DNA of 64,000 nucleotides from positions 89,776,001-89,840,000 of the forward strand of contig OX597818.1 of NCBI GenBank assembly GCA_951406725.2, read 5' to 3'. The position numbers and the translations under genes were made by a program. The DNA is from Octopus vulgaris (taxonomy: Eukaryota). Below are positions 1-13,545 of this stretch, piece by piece. The notes below the pieces were generated by a model. The model was not told where the DNA came from. It was given only the letters and a program-made list of their open reading frames with translations, and did not search any database. Within the stretch, counting starts at the first letter, position 1. Each line of letters starts with the position of its first letter.

Positions 1-273
1 TTAAATAAGGGAAGATTTGGTTGTTGTTTTTAGCAGGATGCGAAATCACATGCAGGGTCCGACCTCATTTTTATTGGTGACTGATCCATAGCAGAAGAAA
101 TAATCGAATGCTGATCGATTCCTTATTCGAACATATGTACATGCATAAACTAACTTAAATACCTGTACGCATAAAAACGTCATACATGTACATTCATACG
201 TAAAACAACACATACATACATACATACATACATACATACATACATACGCATTCCTATATTCCTGTACACGCAA

Positions 274-357
<84 letters not shown>

Positions 358-447
358 ATATGTACACACACACGATTATTCTTTTATTCTTTTATTTGTT
401 TCAGTCATTTGACTGAGGCCATGCTGGAACACCGCCTTTAATATATA

Positions 448-1706
448 CAGGGGTGGACAAAATAATGGAAACACCTTAAAATTTCAAACAAATATGGGGT
501 AGGACCACCTTTAGCAGTAATTACAGCTTAAATTCTACGTGGTATGGACTCGTACAAAGGTTGAATTGTTTCCAAAGGAATTTTTGTCCATTCTTCAGCT
601 AAAACACTTTCCAGTTCTTGTAGGGATGATGGTGGAGGATATCGACTTTTTACTTGTTTTTCTAAAATGCACCATAAATATTCAATAATATTGAGATCTG
701 GGGACTGTGATGGCCAGATAAGATGTTCAACTTCACTAGAATGTTCCTCGTGCCATTCAGTAACAGTTTTAGCTGTGTGATTTGGTGCATTATCATCCTG
801 AAAGATTGCGTTTTCCCCAGAAACAGTTCCGCAACCATAGGATGAATTTGATCAGATAAAATGCTTAAATAGTCTTGACTATCAATTCTTCCATGAAGGG
901 AAACCATTGGGTTGGCGGATTTCCAAGATATACCCCCCAGATCATCACAAATCCTCCTATACATTTAACAGTTGGAAGAAGGCAGTTTGGGTCAAATGCT
1001 TCTTTTGGCTGTCTCCATACGTATACTCGGCTGGTGGTCGGAAATAAGGTAAAGGATGACTCGTCTGAGAAAATAAAATTCTTCCACTGCTCTAGAGACC
1101 AATTCTGTAGGCTTTTACTACACTCTAAACGCTTTGCAACGTTTGTTTTTGAAAGTAATGGTTTTCTGGTTGCAGCCCTCCTGTGAAATCCGGCTTTGTG
1201 CAGCTCCCGGTGAACAGTTTTTGTGGAAATTGGGTTCCCGAGGTGGTCATAAAGCTCTGCAGTAATTTTGGAAACTGTACTTTTGTGATCCTTTCTAACA
1301 AAACGCGTAAGAGTCCGGCGGTCCCTATCTGAAAGTTTTGGTTTTCACCAGAGTTTTGTTCCCACGAGGAGGTTTTTCCCTCTTTATCAAAGGCTGTCAT
1401 TATTTTCGAGACAATACTTCTTGATACACCAAACATTTCGACTGTTTTCGTTACGCTAGCGCCTGCCATACAAGACCCAACAATTTGACCTCTTTGAAAG
1501 TCCGATAGCTCTGTCATTTTAATGAATTTTAATTACTTTTTTCTGATGATATCTGAAAAGAAACAGCAATTTTAGCAAAACGTATGAAGCAACACTAATA
1601 GTAAATAAAAAAAAAACATAAAAATAAACAAGCTTTTGACGGTTTTATAGATATTTCAAAATTATGATGTTATGATGCTAGGTGTTTCCATTATTTTGTC
1701 CAGCCT

Positions 1707-1708
<2 letters not shown>
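448..1708 (-). mobile_element. Tc1-family DNA transposon, full length, degenerate
   Basis: TIRs caggggtggacaaaataatggaaacacct (448) and aggtgtttccattattttgtccagccttg (to 1708), TA-rich flanks, about 1.26 kb, with transposase fragments inside. Confidence 0.93.
480..1517 (-). pseudogene. Tc1 transposase, frameshifted
   Basis: N-terminal HTH MTELSDFQRGQIVG, then IFSDESSF, MIWGVYLG, FQDDNAPNHTAK and IWPSQSPDLNIIEYLW motifs spread across frames. Confidence 0.9.
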
Positions 1709-1796
<88 letters not shown>

Positions 1797-1799
1797 TGT

Positions 1800-2140
1800 G
1801 GACGCACAATGGCCCAGTGGTTAGGGCAGTGGACTCGCGGTTTCGATTCTCAGACCGGGCGTAGTGAGTGTCTATTGAGCGACAACACCGAAAGCTCCAC
1901 GAGGCTCCGGCAGGCGTTGGTGGTGGACCCTGCTGTACGCTTTCGCCATAACTTTCTCTCACTCTTTCTTCCTGTTTCTGTTGTACCTGTATTTCAAAGG
2001 GCCAGTCTTGTCACGCATTGTGTCATGCTGAATCTCTCCGAGAACTGCGTTAAGGGTACACGTGACTGTGGAATGCTCAGCCACTTATACGTTAATTTCA
2101 CGAGCAGGCTGTTCCTCGTCGTCGTAACCGACGGAGTGCC
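1800..2140 (+). mobile_element. tRNA-derived SINE family B (composite)
   Basis: Head ggacgcacaatggcccagtggttagggcagtggactcgcgg with Pol III A/B-box-like sequence; homologous to 48750-49260. Confidence 0.8.
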
Positions 2141-2149
2141 ACGATATAA

Positions 2150-2197
<48 letters not shown>

Positions 2198-2220
2198 TTA
2201 TGCAAAGTTTAGAAAGTTTA

Positions 2221-2503
2221 TAGGCGTAGGAGTGGCTGTGAGGTAAGTAGCTTGCTTACCAACTACATGGTACCGGGTTCAGTCCCACTGCGTGGCACCT
2301 TAGGCAAGTGTCTTCTACTATAGCATTGGGCCGACCAAAGCCTTGTGAGTGGATTTGGGAGACGGAGACTGAAAGAGACCGATAGAATAAGTACAAGGCT
2401 TACAAAGAATAAGTCGTGGAGTCGATTTTCTCGGCTAAAGGCGGTACTCGAGAGCATGGCCATACTCAGATGACTGAAACGAGTAAAAAAAGTAAAAGAG
2501 TAA
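2221..2503 (+). mobile_element. tRNA-derived SINE family A (internally deleted)
   Basis: Head ggcgtaggagtggctgtg...gggttcagtccc and tail gactgaaacgagtaaaa...gtaaaagag shared with many copies in the window. Confidence 0.85.
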
Positions 2504-2748
2504 CGGAATTTAAAGGTTGAGAGTTTCGTACGTGGAAATTTTGTTTGGTGAGTGCTATGTATGCTACCGATTCCAACATTAAAAAAAAAAAAGGTTTTAT
2601 AATGGCGCATTGAGATATATTTGTCTTGTTTGATCTTCCAATCCAACCCTATATATATGGAATTGTCAAAGACATGCTGTGAAGTCTTGCATGCATTCAT
2701 TTCAGCACTTCTTATCAGTTGCTGCATTGTTTCTTTACAGGTAAAGTT

Positions 2749-3107
2749 ATGTATGTATGTATGTATGTATGTATGTATGTATGTATGTATGTATGTATGT
2801 ATGTATGTATGTATGTATGTATGCATGCATGCATGCATGCATGCATGCATACATGCATGCATGCATGCATGCATGCATGTATGTATGTATGTATGTATGT
2901 ATGTATGTATGTATGTATGCATGCATGTATGTATGTATGTATGTATGTATGTATGTATGTATGCATGTATGTATGCATGCATGCATGCATGCATGCATGC
3001 ATGCATGTATGTATGAATGTATGAATGTATGTATGTATGTATGTATGTATGTATGCATGCATGAATGTATGTATGTATGTATGTATGTATGCATTATGTA
3101 TGTATGA
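2749..3107. repeat. Compound (TATG)n/(CATG)n microsatellite
   Basis: Directly visible tetranucleotide array. Confidence 0.95.
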
Positions 3108-3169
3108 TAGGCTTCTTTCAGTTTCCATCGACCAAATCCCCTCACAAAGTTTTGGTCGACCAGGGGCTA

Positions 3170-3224
<55 letters not shown>

Positions 3225-3445
3225 CAGTTAATCCAAACATGAAAACACAAAGAGGAAATACAACAACGCGAGGAGGTGGAATAAGTATAGTGTTATTGGA
3301 CGCTCAGGAAAGGGAAGAAATAAGGAGGATTTAACGTTTCGAGCGGAGCACTTCGTCTGAAACATAGAAAAAGGAAAGATCCAAGGAAGGGAAGACGGAG
3401 GGAAAAAATCGCCAACTACGATACACACGCGCTCACATATTGAAT
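3225..3445 (-). mobile_element. Penelope-type terminal repeat fragment with hammerhead-like motif, within (TA)n
   Basis: Minus strand tttcagacgaagtgctccgctcgaaacgttaaa (3330-3362). Related to 13925-14140, 29575-29790 and 30195-30290. Confidence 0.65.
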
Positions 3446-3463
3446 ATATATATATATATATAT

Positions 3464-3503
<40 letters not shown>

Positions 3504-3800
3504 TCAGTTATACATATGCACACACACATACACACAAATATATGTTTGTATATATACACACACATATGTATGTGTGTGTGTGTGCACATATATATCTACA
3601 AATAGATATATGCATATGTATAATGTGCATGTTTATATTTGTATATGTATATATATATATATATATACACACATATGTATGTATACACTTGCGTCAGAAA
3701 TTAATTAGCACTTCTCAAATTTCTACATTAAATAGGTTAAATCAATTAACCTATGAGCTGTTCAAAACGGCCATGCTAATGCACCGCCGTATATACATAT

Positions 3801-3854
<54 letters not shown>

Positions 3855-4361
3855 CAAGTGATGAAAAACGGTTAGCTCTTATTATTTTTACTCTAATCAT
3901 TAGAGTAAAAATAATAGCATATATGTGGATGATCATATTGAGTAAAGATTTCATAGGCTGAGTATACCGTTATCAGAGAGGGAGAAGTAAGAGAGATGTA
4001 AAAGCGAGGGGAAAGTCCCCAATCGAGGATATTAGTGTATTCCAGTTTTTCAATAATGAGGGAATGATAAGAATAAAATAGGAATGTATAAGGTAGATCC
4101 ATGATCAAATGAAAAATTCAGTTATAGGTAATGTCCTGCAGTAGCTTCAAATGAGAGGATGATCCACGGCAAGGAATAATGGAATAGAGGAATAGGTACC
4201 AGTTCCAGTTTTGAACAGAGAATGAATGAGGGTCGAATAGGAATATTATACTATAGTCAGGAGGAAAGACAGACAAGTGGATATAGTAGAGTAGATGTAT
4301 ATTAGTCAGAATGATGAGGGTATAATAGTCGGGAGAGGTTAGTGGGTATAGAGACTGATAT

Positions 4362-5350
4362 GTTTCTTTATTAGCCACACAGGGCTGAACACAGACGGGA
4401 CAAATTACAAAGTAGAGCTTTTCTTTTTGGGGAGAAAAAGAAAGTGGGGTAGGTTTTCGATCAAAAGGGATCGTAAAAAAGATAAAAAAAAACGATCAAT
4501 ATGGATCGTGTGACACAGAAATGTCATGGTGTAAAGTGTAAAGGGGGACGCAGATAAGGTTTATCCGTGGAAAGAAAAGCCTACGGAAAAGATCACGGTA
4601 ACCTCGTTCAATAAGGTCACATGTTAACATATTTATTTGCAAGTAACTCTCTGTTTTAAATTTTTCCGGGTTCATAGGATTATGCTCAAGGTGGCTTCGT
4701 CATTCATACGTGCCACCCTTGCTACATTCACCCATCTTCTTTTGAAACATTCGCTAGATAAAACTTGCCTCTCTACTCTCACTTTCCTTTTCAAGTGATA
4801 CTTGAAGAAGTTGATGAGAGATTGATCAGAGAGGAAAGTGTTTGTCTCCAATCTTTTCAGACGCATCCACCAGATACATTATTTCGCTATAGCCACAAGG
4901 ATGATGAAAATAGCTCTTCCTTCCCATTTGAAGGAAGGAGGCGTGACGATATTAACAATAGACTCGGCTGTTAAACCGACTCGTCCCACACGTGACAGCA
5001 GTCGTTCGACATAAGCCCACAGGTCGGAAATGTTTGGACATTGCACGAGTGCGTGCAGAACGGTTTCGTCGCTCTGACCACATCTGGGGCAGGTCGGCCC
5101 CGCGTTTCTCGAGCCGTGTCTGTAGAGCTTATCCCGAACGGGTAGCGCTTCTCGGTAGCACTGTCAGGCCAGGGATCTCTGGAAGTTGTCCATAGGTCCT
5201 GACCCGAAAGTCGTCCTGAACAGGCGGGTCAGGTATTCCTCGTCGACGCCCAGGTTCGCCCCAAGATCGTCGTCGTACCTCCCCTCCACTAATCCCCCAT
5301 AGAGCGATTTGGTTGTGTTGAAGTCGCTCAAGGTCGACCCGGGACGGCAT
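4362..5350 (-). mobile_element. L1/Tx1-clade LINE, 5'-truncated 3' end of ORF2 plus 3' UTR
   Basis: Minus strand LPVRDKLYRHG...CPRCGQSDETVLHALVQC (CCHC zinc finger), then IWWMRLKRLETNTF...; AATAAA at the 3' end. Confidence 0.85.
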
Positions 5351-5959
5351 AGTTGCTTGAGAGCGAAGATCAGCAGACGTCAGATGATGTCAAATGTCCA
5401 CCATGGCTGGCAAGATTTAGCGAAAATGGGAGGGCGTGGGGTGTAGTGATAGTAATAAAGTGGTTGTAGAAGATAATGAATATCTCAAGCTAAAGGAAAC
5501 CTGATAATAGTGGAAGTGAGGGGAGATTTAGGACTCTCATGGTTATAGTAGTGCTAGAAATAGATACCCATAATATTAAATAAAAAATATGAAATTTAAA
5601 ATTTAATAATTTATGGTGTTAATGAGGGGTGTATGCTCATTGGGAAACGAGGGTTTACAATAAAAATTTAAAACGATAAATCAAAAATAAGTCATAGGTA
5701 AATATAATAAGAAAATTGATTAGGGTCATATATTTATTAAGTTTAGGTATATTGAAATTATAGGGCCCAGGAATGAATGAAATACAGCCCCAGGGCCGGA
5801 TTAAGATCCATCGAAGCCCTAAGCAGTGAAAAGATTTTGGTGCCCCCATAAAAGATTGTGCAATTCAAAATATAAACAATAACAAACCATAAAATAATTT
5901 TCTATTTTTCAAAATGAAACAAAACTGTAAGAGGGAAAATAATGTTTATTTTTGTATAC

Positions 5960-6128
5960 TTTACATATATTTGAAAAGTTTCCTCCAACTTTTTTGAATC
6001 GCAAAATCTTTGATCATCTGTACCCAGTAGAGATAAAGGCATCCCGAATATTATTTTACGAAATTTAAAGTGATTTCTTTTGTGCCGTAAATCATTTACC
6101 ATTTCTTTAGTGTCCCCCCCTTCTCTTG

Positions 6129-6188
<60 letters not shown>

Positions 6189-6430
6189 GTACAGAGGGTG
6201 CGATGGGAAAATTGTCGCCATTTTATATTTACTTTATATTTGAAAAGTTTCCTCAGATCATCAAAATTAATCTTAGATAACACATCTGCATCCCGAATAT
6301 TATTTTACGAAATTTAAAGTGATTTCTTTTGTGCCGTAAATCATTTCTTTAGTGTCCCCCCTTCTCTTGATACACACACACATATATGTACAGAGGGTGC
6401 GATGGGAAAATTGTCGCCATTTTATATTTT
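5960..6430. repeat. Local tandem duplication (about 200-270 bp units) including a transposon TIR
   Basis: catcccgaatattattttacgaaatttaaag...(CA)n...tacagagggtgcgatgggaaaattgtcgcc occurs twice. Confidence 0.85.
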
Positions 6431-7520
6431 TAATTTCACGCATGCGCATTGTTTCTAATTTTGTCGACAGTAGTGTCAGTTGGGTACCGTATGTGAGAAA
6501 AACAGTATTATGACGCAATTCATTCTGCCAGAAATTTGGAAACAACATGCTATACTGCTTGGCATATGCGCCGGAAACTCCAACACGAGCAGATGGTGAA
6601 CACACAGAACAACCGTTGGCTTGCCATGTCTCCTAAACATGTACCGAGAGTGATAAAAATCAAACATCCGGTCGACATCATGGTGTTTGGAACGATCTCT
6701 AGTGATGGCTACGTTACGCCGCCATACATCAAGTGCCTGGAGGAGGTAGTGCTACTCTGAGTTAAGAGGATGGCTGCTAGAAAACACTGTCTGGCAACAG
6801 AACTCTGCACCATGCCACACAAGCAGAAGAACCCAGTCATGACTGTCAGGCAATTTCTGCGATCACATCACCCCTAACATATGGCAACCTAATTTCCCAG
6901 ACTGCAACCCCCTTTATTATGTGTGGGGCGCAGTTAAGCGAGAGACCAACAAAACTAAAAGATGAACTGCAGGCAAGGTTACGACAGTATTCACTAACAT
7001 AAATAAGGAGACCGTCCAGAAGAGTTTCAGGAGATTAGAAAGTCGCCTGGAGGCCGTGGTTGAAGCCAATGGCGATTTTATTGAACTTACTCTTTAGTAC
7101 AGTGATCCCTCTTTTACCGCGGTAGATTGGTTCCGAGACCGGCCGCGATAACTGAATTTCTGCGAGGTAGGGACACCATATTTACAGTATTTATTTAACA
7201 TGTATTTGGACTTTTAAAATCCTCCCTGAACTGTCAACAACCCACCCATTACAGTAGTCTATTAATAACAAGGACAACTGTTAAGCAATAACACTTTAGA
7301 TTTTAAAAAATAGAGATTGTTACTGTTACACAGGCCAGATTACAAAATAGAAAGCTGTGATTCGTCGTCTCTCTCCATTGCATCAATCACAACCCGTCTT
7401 AAGTTCAAATACCCCTGTATCTACTTTTTTTTTTGCTATTTTACGCTTGTTTTGTTGTTCCTAGACTAGGAAATAATATTTATTATTAATATTTTAATGG
7501 ATGTAATGAAAAATTTTAGG

Positions 7521-7602
<82 letters not shown>

Positions 7603-7745
7603 TCCGCAAAGTCGTGAATCCGCGATAGTTGAACCGCGAAGTAGCTAGGGATCACTGTATTTCATGACATGTTAATGTAACTTTGATAAATATATATTAA
7701 AATGGGATGTCAGTGTTATTTTCATTTTTGCGTAATTTAGACTTC
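6390..7745 (+). mobile_element. Tc1/mariner (maT/DD37D-like) internally deleted element
   Basis: TIR-like cagagggtgcgatggg after TA. Transposase remnants NTQNNRWLA...IMVFGTISSDG, QQNSAPCHTS and WQPNFPDCNPLYYVWG. Confidence 0.8.
7100..7657. mobile_element. pogo/Tigger-like MITE nested in the maT-like element
   Basis: TA-flanked termini cagtgatccct...agggatcactg. Confidence 0.85.
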
Positions 7746-8299
7746 CGTACAGTTTCTGTCTTCCAAATTCACACACAATACGTTAGTCGGCCCGAGGTTA
7801 TAGCTGAAGCCACTTGCTCAAAGTGCGAAGCGAACTGCTTAAGTCATGCCTGCAGAAAGGTATTTTTAAAAAGACGTGTTTCAGAAATAAAAGTAAAACG
7901 AAGAATTATTTGGAGGACACAAGCAAGGCTGGCCCTAGGAAGTCAATGAGGCCTTCTACTTTGAAAAAAGTTGAAGACTGATGTTTCAGGCTTCATGTTG
8001 TACACCAGTCAAAGTCGCAAAGCGACATCATAGCGTCATCCGTTCGAACCCAATTCGCAAAAAAAAAAAAAAGCAAACATAAACATGACTAAGAGGCTTG
8101 AAACCGGACCTGAATATAAGTTTATAGAGGGAAAGAATAGACAAAATGAACGCACCTCTCGCAATTCTTCAGCTACAGAACACCAATTTTCCAGTATTCC
8201 TCAAAAGTAAGGTTAGGTTAAACGAAAAAATCCATTTGTGACTAGCGGCCATATGTATATCTCTGTGGCCAATGATCATATATACGTAGAGATGTGCGC

Positions 8300-8364
<65 letters not shown>

Positions 8365-8468
8365 TATCTATATTTACACCTTATACACACACACATACAT
8401 ACATACATGATTATATACATATATCAGGAAATATATATATATATATATATATAAAGTATAAATATATG

Positions 8469-8524
<56 letters not shown>

Positions 8525-8774
8525 CATACATATATATATATGTATTTATATGTATGCATATATATATATATTATATGCATTTATATATGTATTAATATAA
8601 ATATATATATGCATATATAGATATTGGTAAGTATACATGCTTTTGCATTTTTATATATGGAATGGCAGTTCTTTGAGTGTTAAGGGTTAACAGGCATAAA
8701 AGGAATGTTATATACCATGTAGGTGTGTATATCAGTATCTATATATAAATATATTTATATCTATATATATGTAT

Positions 8775-8816
<42 letters not shown>

Positions 8817-8936
8817 TATATATACATATATACATATGTGCATATATTTATGTATCTTATGTAGTGCATACGCACGCAGACACACATCCTCTCTCCACCC
8901 ACACTCTCCCATCTTCTCTCTCTCTTCCGCGCACAC

Positions 8937-8969
<33 letters not shown>

Positions 8970-9366
8970 CACATACACACACACGTAATTACAGGTATTT
9001 ACATAAGATTTATACGTTACTCAATAAAAAACAATTTGAACGATTGTTTAGTAAACTAGGTCGTAGGAGGTAGCGATTGTGGCGAATATAAGAATAAAAC
9101 AAGGAGTGTGTGAGTCGTGGTATGTGATATAGGGTGTGTACTTTGTCGATGTTACACAACCAAAGACGAAAAGAGCACCTGGTTATCTCGGGTCAATCAT
9201 ACGGAACGTGTGTAGCCATGAGATTTCATACAATAGCAGGAAAAAGAAACACAGATATATATACATATACATTTACGTACTCACTTCCATATGTACATAT
9301 AATATACATAGATATACATATGTATGTATATACTTATATTTATACATGTATGTATATGTATGTATG

Positions 9367-9427
<61 letters not shown>

Positions 9428-9429
9428 CC

Positions 9430-9515
<86 letters not shown>

Positions 9516-9625
9516 ATATACATGTCTGTATATATATACATAGACAATATGTAAACAGATATACATGTACACACACACATATATACATATGTTCATACAT
9601 ATTAATATACATACATATATACTTG

Positions 9626-9659
<34 letters not shown>

Positions 9660-9696
9660 CGTACGTACAGCACATACACTTATACACATATATAAA

Positions 9697-9781
<85 letters not shown>

Positions 9782-10436
9782 ATAAGTATGTAAATACACC
9801 TACACACTCTTATATGTATGTGTATGTATATGTTTATGTATGCAGCGAGTTTACATTCCATCTTTTCTTAAAGATAGATAAACAAAGTCAAGGCATAAAA
9901 CTGGCATCGATTTTTCTTCTTTTTTTTTTTTCTTTCTGGAGTCTCTTTCGGTGTCTGTTTATCTCCCTGCTTCTAATTTTGGAAGACATCGGCGTTTTAG
10001 AGTTAATGAAGGACGGGTCAGGAGAATTTCAAATATCTGGGGCACGCAGGATGTCTCGACGCCACCCCTTACAACTTCATCATAAATACATAGATATATA
10101 GATAGATACATACATACAAACATACACACATACATGCATACATATCTACATACATATTTACATGCATAGATACATACATACATGTATGCATGTATACAAA
10201 TATACATGCATGTATATATATACAAATGCATACTTACATACATAGATACATATATACATACGTATATACATACATACATACATGCATGCATACATACATA
10301 TATATACATACATGCATACATACATACATACATACATACATACACACATACATACATACATGCAAACCTATGAATACATACGTACGTACATACTCTTACA
10401 CATATAATAAGATCTCTCTCTCTCTCTTTCTCTCTC

Positions 10437-10470
<34 letters not shown>
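8300..10470. repeat. Large low-complexity microsatellite field: (TA)n, (CA)n, (TATC)n, (TACA)n
   Basis: Directly visible, with short unique spacers. Confidence 0.9.
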
Positions 10471-10472
<2 letters not shown>

Positions 10473-10473
<1 letters not shown>

Positions 10474-10721
10474 TGTTGTGTCTGGGGAGAGTCATTTTCT
10501 TTTTGTGCCTTATAATGTAACACACTCACCGGTAAAATTTCCACTTATTTCTTATTTTTATTTTTTTCCTATAAGGGACCGGAGTCCCGATCAGGGCAGA
10601 TTTTGTGATCTCTGTTATTTTATGCTCAACGGGGAAAAAAAAGAAATAAGTGGAAATTTTACCGGTGAGTGTGTTGCATTATAAGGCACAAAAAGAAAAT
10701 GACTCTCCCCAGACACAACAG
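10473..10721. repeat. 81-bp near-perfect inverted repeat (Penelope-like terminal sequence)
   Basis: Arms at 10473-10553 and 10641-10721. The right arm plus its extension recurs at about 52830-52965. Confidence 0.85.
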
Positions 10722-10987
10722 AATATGCTTCAACATACGAACTCATATAAAGAATCTTGCAAACCAAATCCAAAAACGAAATATATATATATATATATAT
10801 ATATGATTAAAATGAGGGTGAAAAATTGGATATTAATTTTATAAAATCAATTTTAACACCAGTGGTCTAGCATATATAAAAACTGGAATTTTATCACTAT
10901 GTGGAAACCCTTATGCTAGAAGAAGATCCGCTATGGTCTTAACCACTAAGAATTGTTCTCTAGAAAATTTAGCAAACACCAGAAACG

Positions 10988-11047
<60 letters not shown>

Positions 11048-11333
11048 GAAAATTCATTGAGGCTTCTCTTTCGGCTTTTTAGGTTCTAAGTTCATTTCCT
11101 GCCGAGGTCAACTTTACCTTTCATTCCTTTGGGGTTGATAAACTAAAGTACCAGTAAAATACTGGAGTCGATGAAACCGATTTACCCCTCCAACCCAAAT
11201 TGCATGCCTTGATTCCTATAACAGACCGGAGTCCCGATCAGGGCAAATTTCGTGATCTCTGTTACTTTATACACCACGGAAACCTAGTAACTAGCTTTAT
11301 GAGTTCTAGAGTCCGAATATCTATATATATACG

Positions 11334-11749
11334 TATAAGAGGGATGACCACTAGGTGGACATCCAGTATGCTAAATGTAGACCACCATATGGTCTGACCA
11401 CTAAGAAAAAAAAACGAAGACATTTGAAATATACTCTCATGTATAATTGACAGAACTATATACATGTTGTCTCTCTTGTGGACGTCCCGTGTATAGTTCT
11501 GCATATTATATATTCTATGACGGTAGCACTGATGATTTGCGGGCATTTCCGTATGTAAATATATAAATGGTAACAATGAAACCTGGTATGTGACTAATCA
11601 TTACATTTTGTATCTTTTCATTTGTCTTGTTCACTTACGTTCTGGCATTTGCCGAACTTTCTTGAGAAAAATTTTTTTCTTAGTGGTCAGACCATATGTG
11701 GTCTTTATTTAGTATATTGGATGTCCACCTAGTAGTCATCCCTCTTATA
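11334..11749. mobile_element. Inverted-repeat-flanked Penelope-like relic
   Basis: Arms at 11334-11411 and 11672-11749 with TA-rich flanks. The interior looks like a decayed coding remnant; family assignment is tentative. Confidence 0.55.
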
Positions 11750-11911
11750 TGTATGTAATATATTTTTTCTGAATTTCAGATTTTTTCAATATGCTAGGCC
11801 ACTGGTTTAAATTGATAGTAATCAAATTAATATCAATTTTTTTACCCGTATTATTTAAATTTATATATATATATATATGTATATATATATACACACACAC
11901 ACACACATATA

Positions 11912-11990
<79 letters not shown>

Positions 11991-12139
11991 GTATGTATGT
12001 ATGTATGTACAGGTATATATATATATGTATATATGTGTGTCCGTGTCCACGTGCGCGCGCGTATACATACACACACACGCCCACACACATACACACACAC
12101 ACATACACGCACACACACACACACATACACACACATATA

Positions 12140-12970
12140 TGGGCTGTTCCGATAAATGTATATACAGATTGACGGGTTATAAGGACTGTTTATTGACAGG
12201 CATTTCCAAAATTTAATAGAATCTCCAGAGAAAATATAATCTTTTCTTATGAATGCCTTTTTTCAAATTCATAACCATTCCGGCCTAGGTACTGAGAAGC
12301 AATACAATCGCAAACATCAAGAAACATTTTGTTCGGTATTTGTGCGTATTCTCGTTGAATGGTTGTCTTCAATCCATCGACTGTTGCCAAATTTGTACCG
12401 TAGACTTCATCTTTTAAGTATTCGCATAAAATGTCTATTGGTGTGAGGCACTGTGAATGTAGAAGGTATTCCACTCAATCTGTTCGTTCACTCCATCTGT
12501 TTGTCCAAATCTCTTCTAGATAAGCCTTACATTACTATAATGCTGTGTGTGTGTGATTCTTCTGGCTGGAAATATAATTCTGCATCTTAAAAATACTTTT
12601 GAATGCTTGTCATGGCAGACCGTCGGAGCAAGTTCAGGTAAATGATCTTAGTCAAAATACCGTCAAAAAAGTATGGCCCAATTAATGTTTTTAATCACGA
12701 GTCACTCCATATTGTGATCCCTGGCAAATTCACATGATTTTCTTTCATAATATGTAGATTCACAGCCCCACCCCCAGTTTACTCTTTACTTGTTTCAGTC
12801 TTGTGACTGTGGCCATGCAGGAGCACCGCCTTTAGTTGAGCAAATCGACCCCAGGACTTATTCTTTGTAAGCCTAGTACTTATTCTATCGGTCCCTTTTG
12901 CCGAGCCGCTAAGTTACGGGGACGTAAACACACCAGCATCGGTTGTCGAGCGATGTTGGGGGGTGGACAT

Positions 12971-13001
<31 letters not shown>

Positions 13002-13002
13002 C

Positions 13003-13088
<86 letters not shown>

Positions 13089-13545
13089 GCGTATATATAC
13101 GACAGTTTCCGTCTACCAAATCCACAAGGCTTTGGTAGACACCTGCTCAAGGTGCCACGCAGTGGGACTGAACCCGGAACCATGCGGTTGGTAAGCAAGC
13201 TACTTACCACACAGCCACTCCTACGCCTTTAATTATTTGATTAATATATTTAATTTAAAGTGGCCTCATTACATTAAACAATCTTATACACAACTTACCA
13301 AGTACCACTCGCATATCTCTATTCTTTGGTCTGAATCAGCATTAAGAATATGGACTATTCTTAGAATGTTAATTTTCTGATGACAGTTCTTCAAAATGCA
13401 AACTGATTTTGAAATTCTTATCCCACGACTTACTTGTCGCATGGATTTTCTCGGACTCTTGCAATGTGGAACTAGTGCTCTTTCTTGCTTTGTGGGCATC
13501 GTTGATGTTCGTAGTCTTCGGGAACGTTTCTTGTGGACACTCTAA
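12140..13545 (-). mobile_element. Tc1/mariner relic (DUF4817/rosa-like transposase) split by a SINE
   Basis: SPRKSMRQVSR...DSDQRIEICEWY (13284-13499) and LTPID.LCEYLKDEVYGTNLATVDGLKTTIQRE...NGYEFE (12247-12474). Confidence 0.75.
12780..13228 (-). mobile_element. SINE family A
   Basis: Complete head and tail, with internal (CA)/(TA) tract. Confidence 0.88.
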
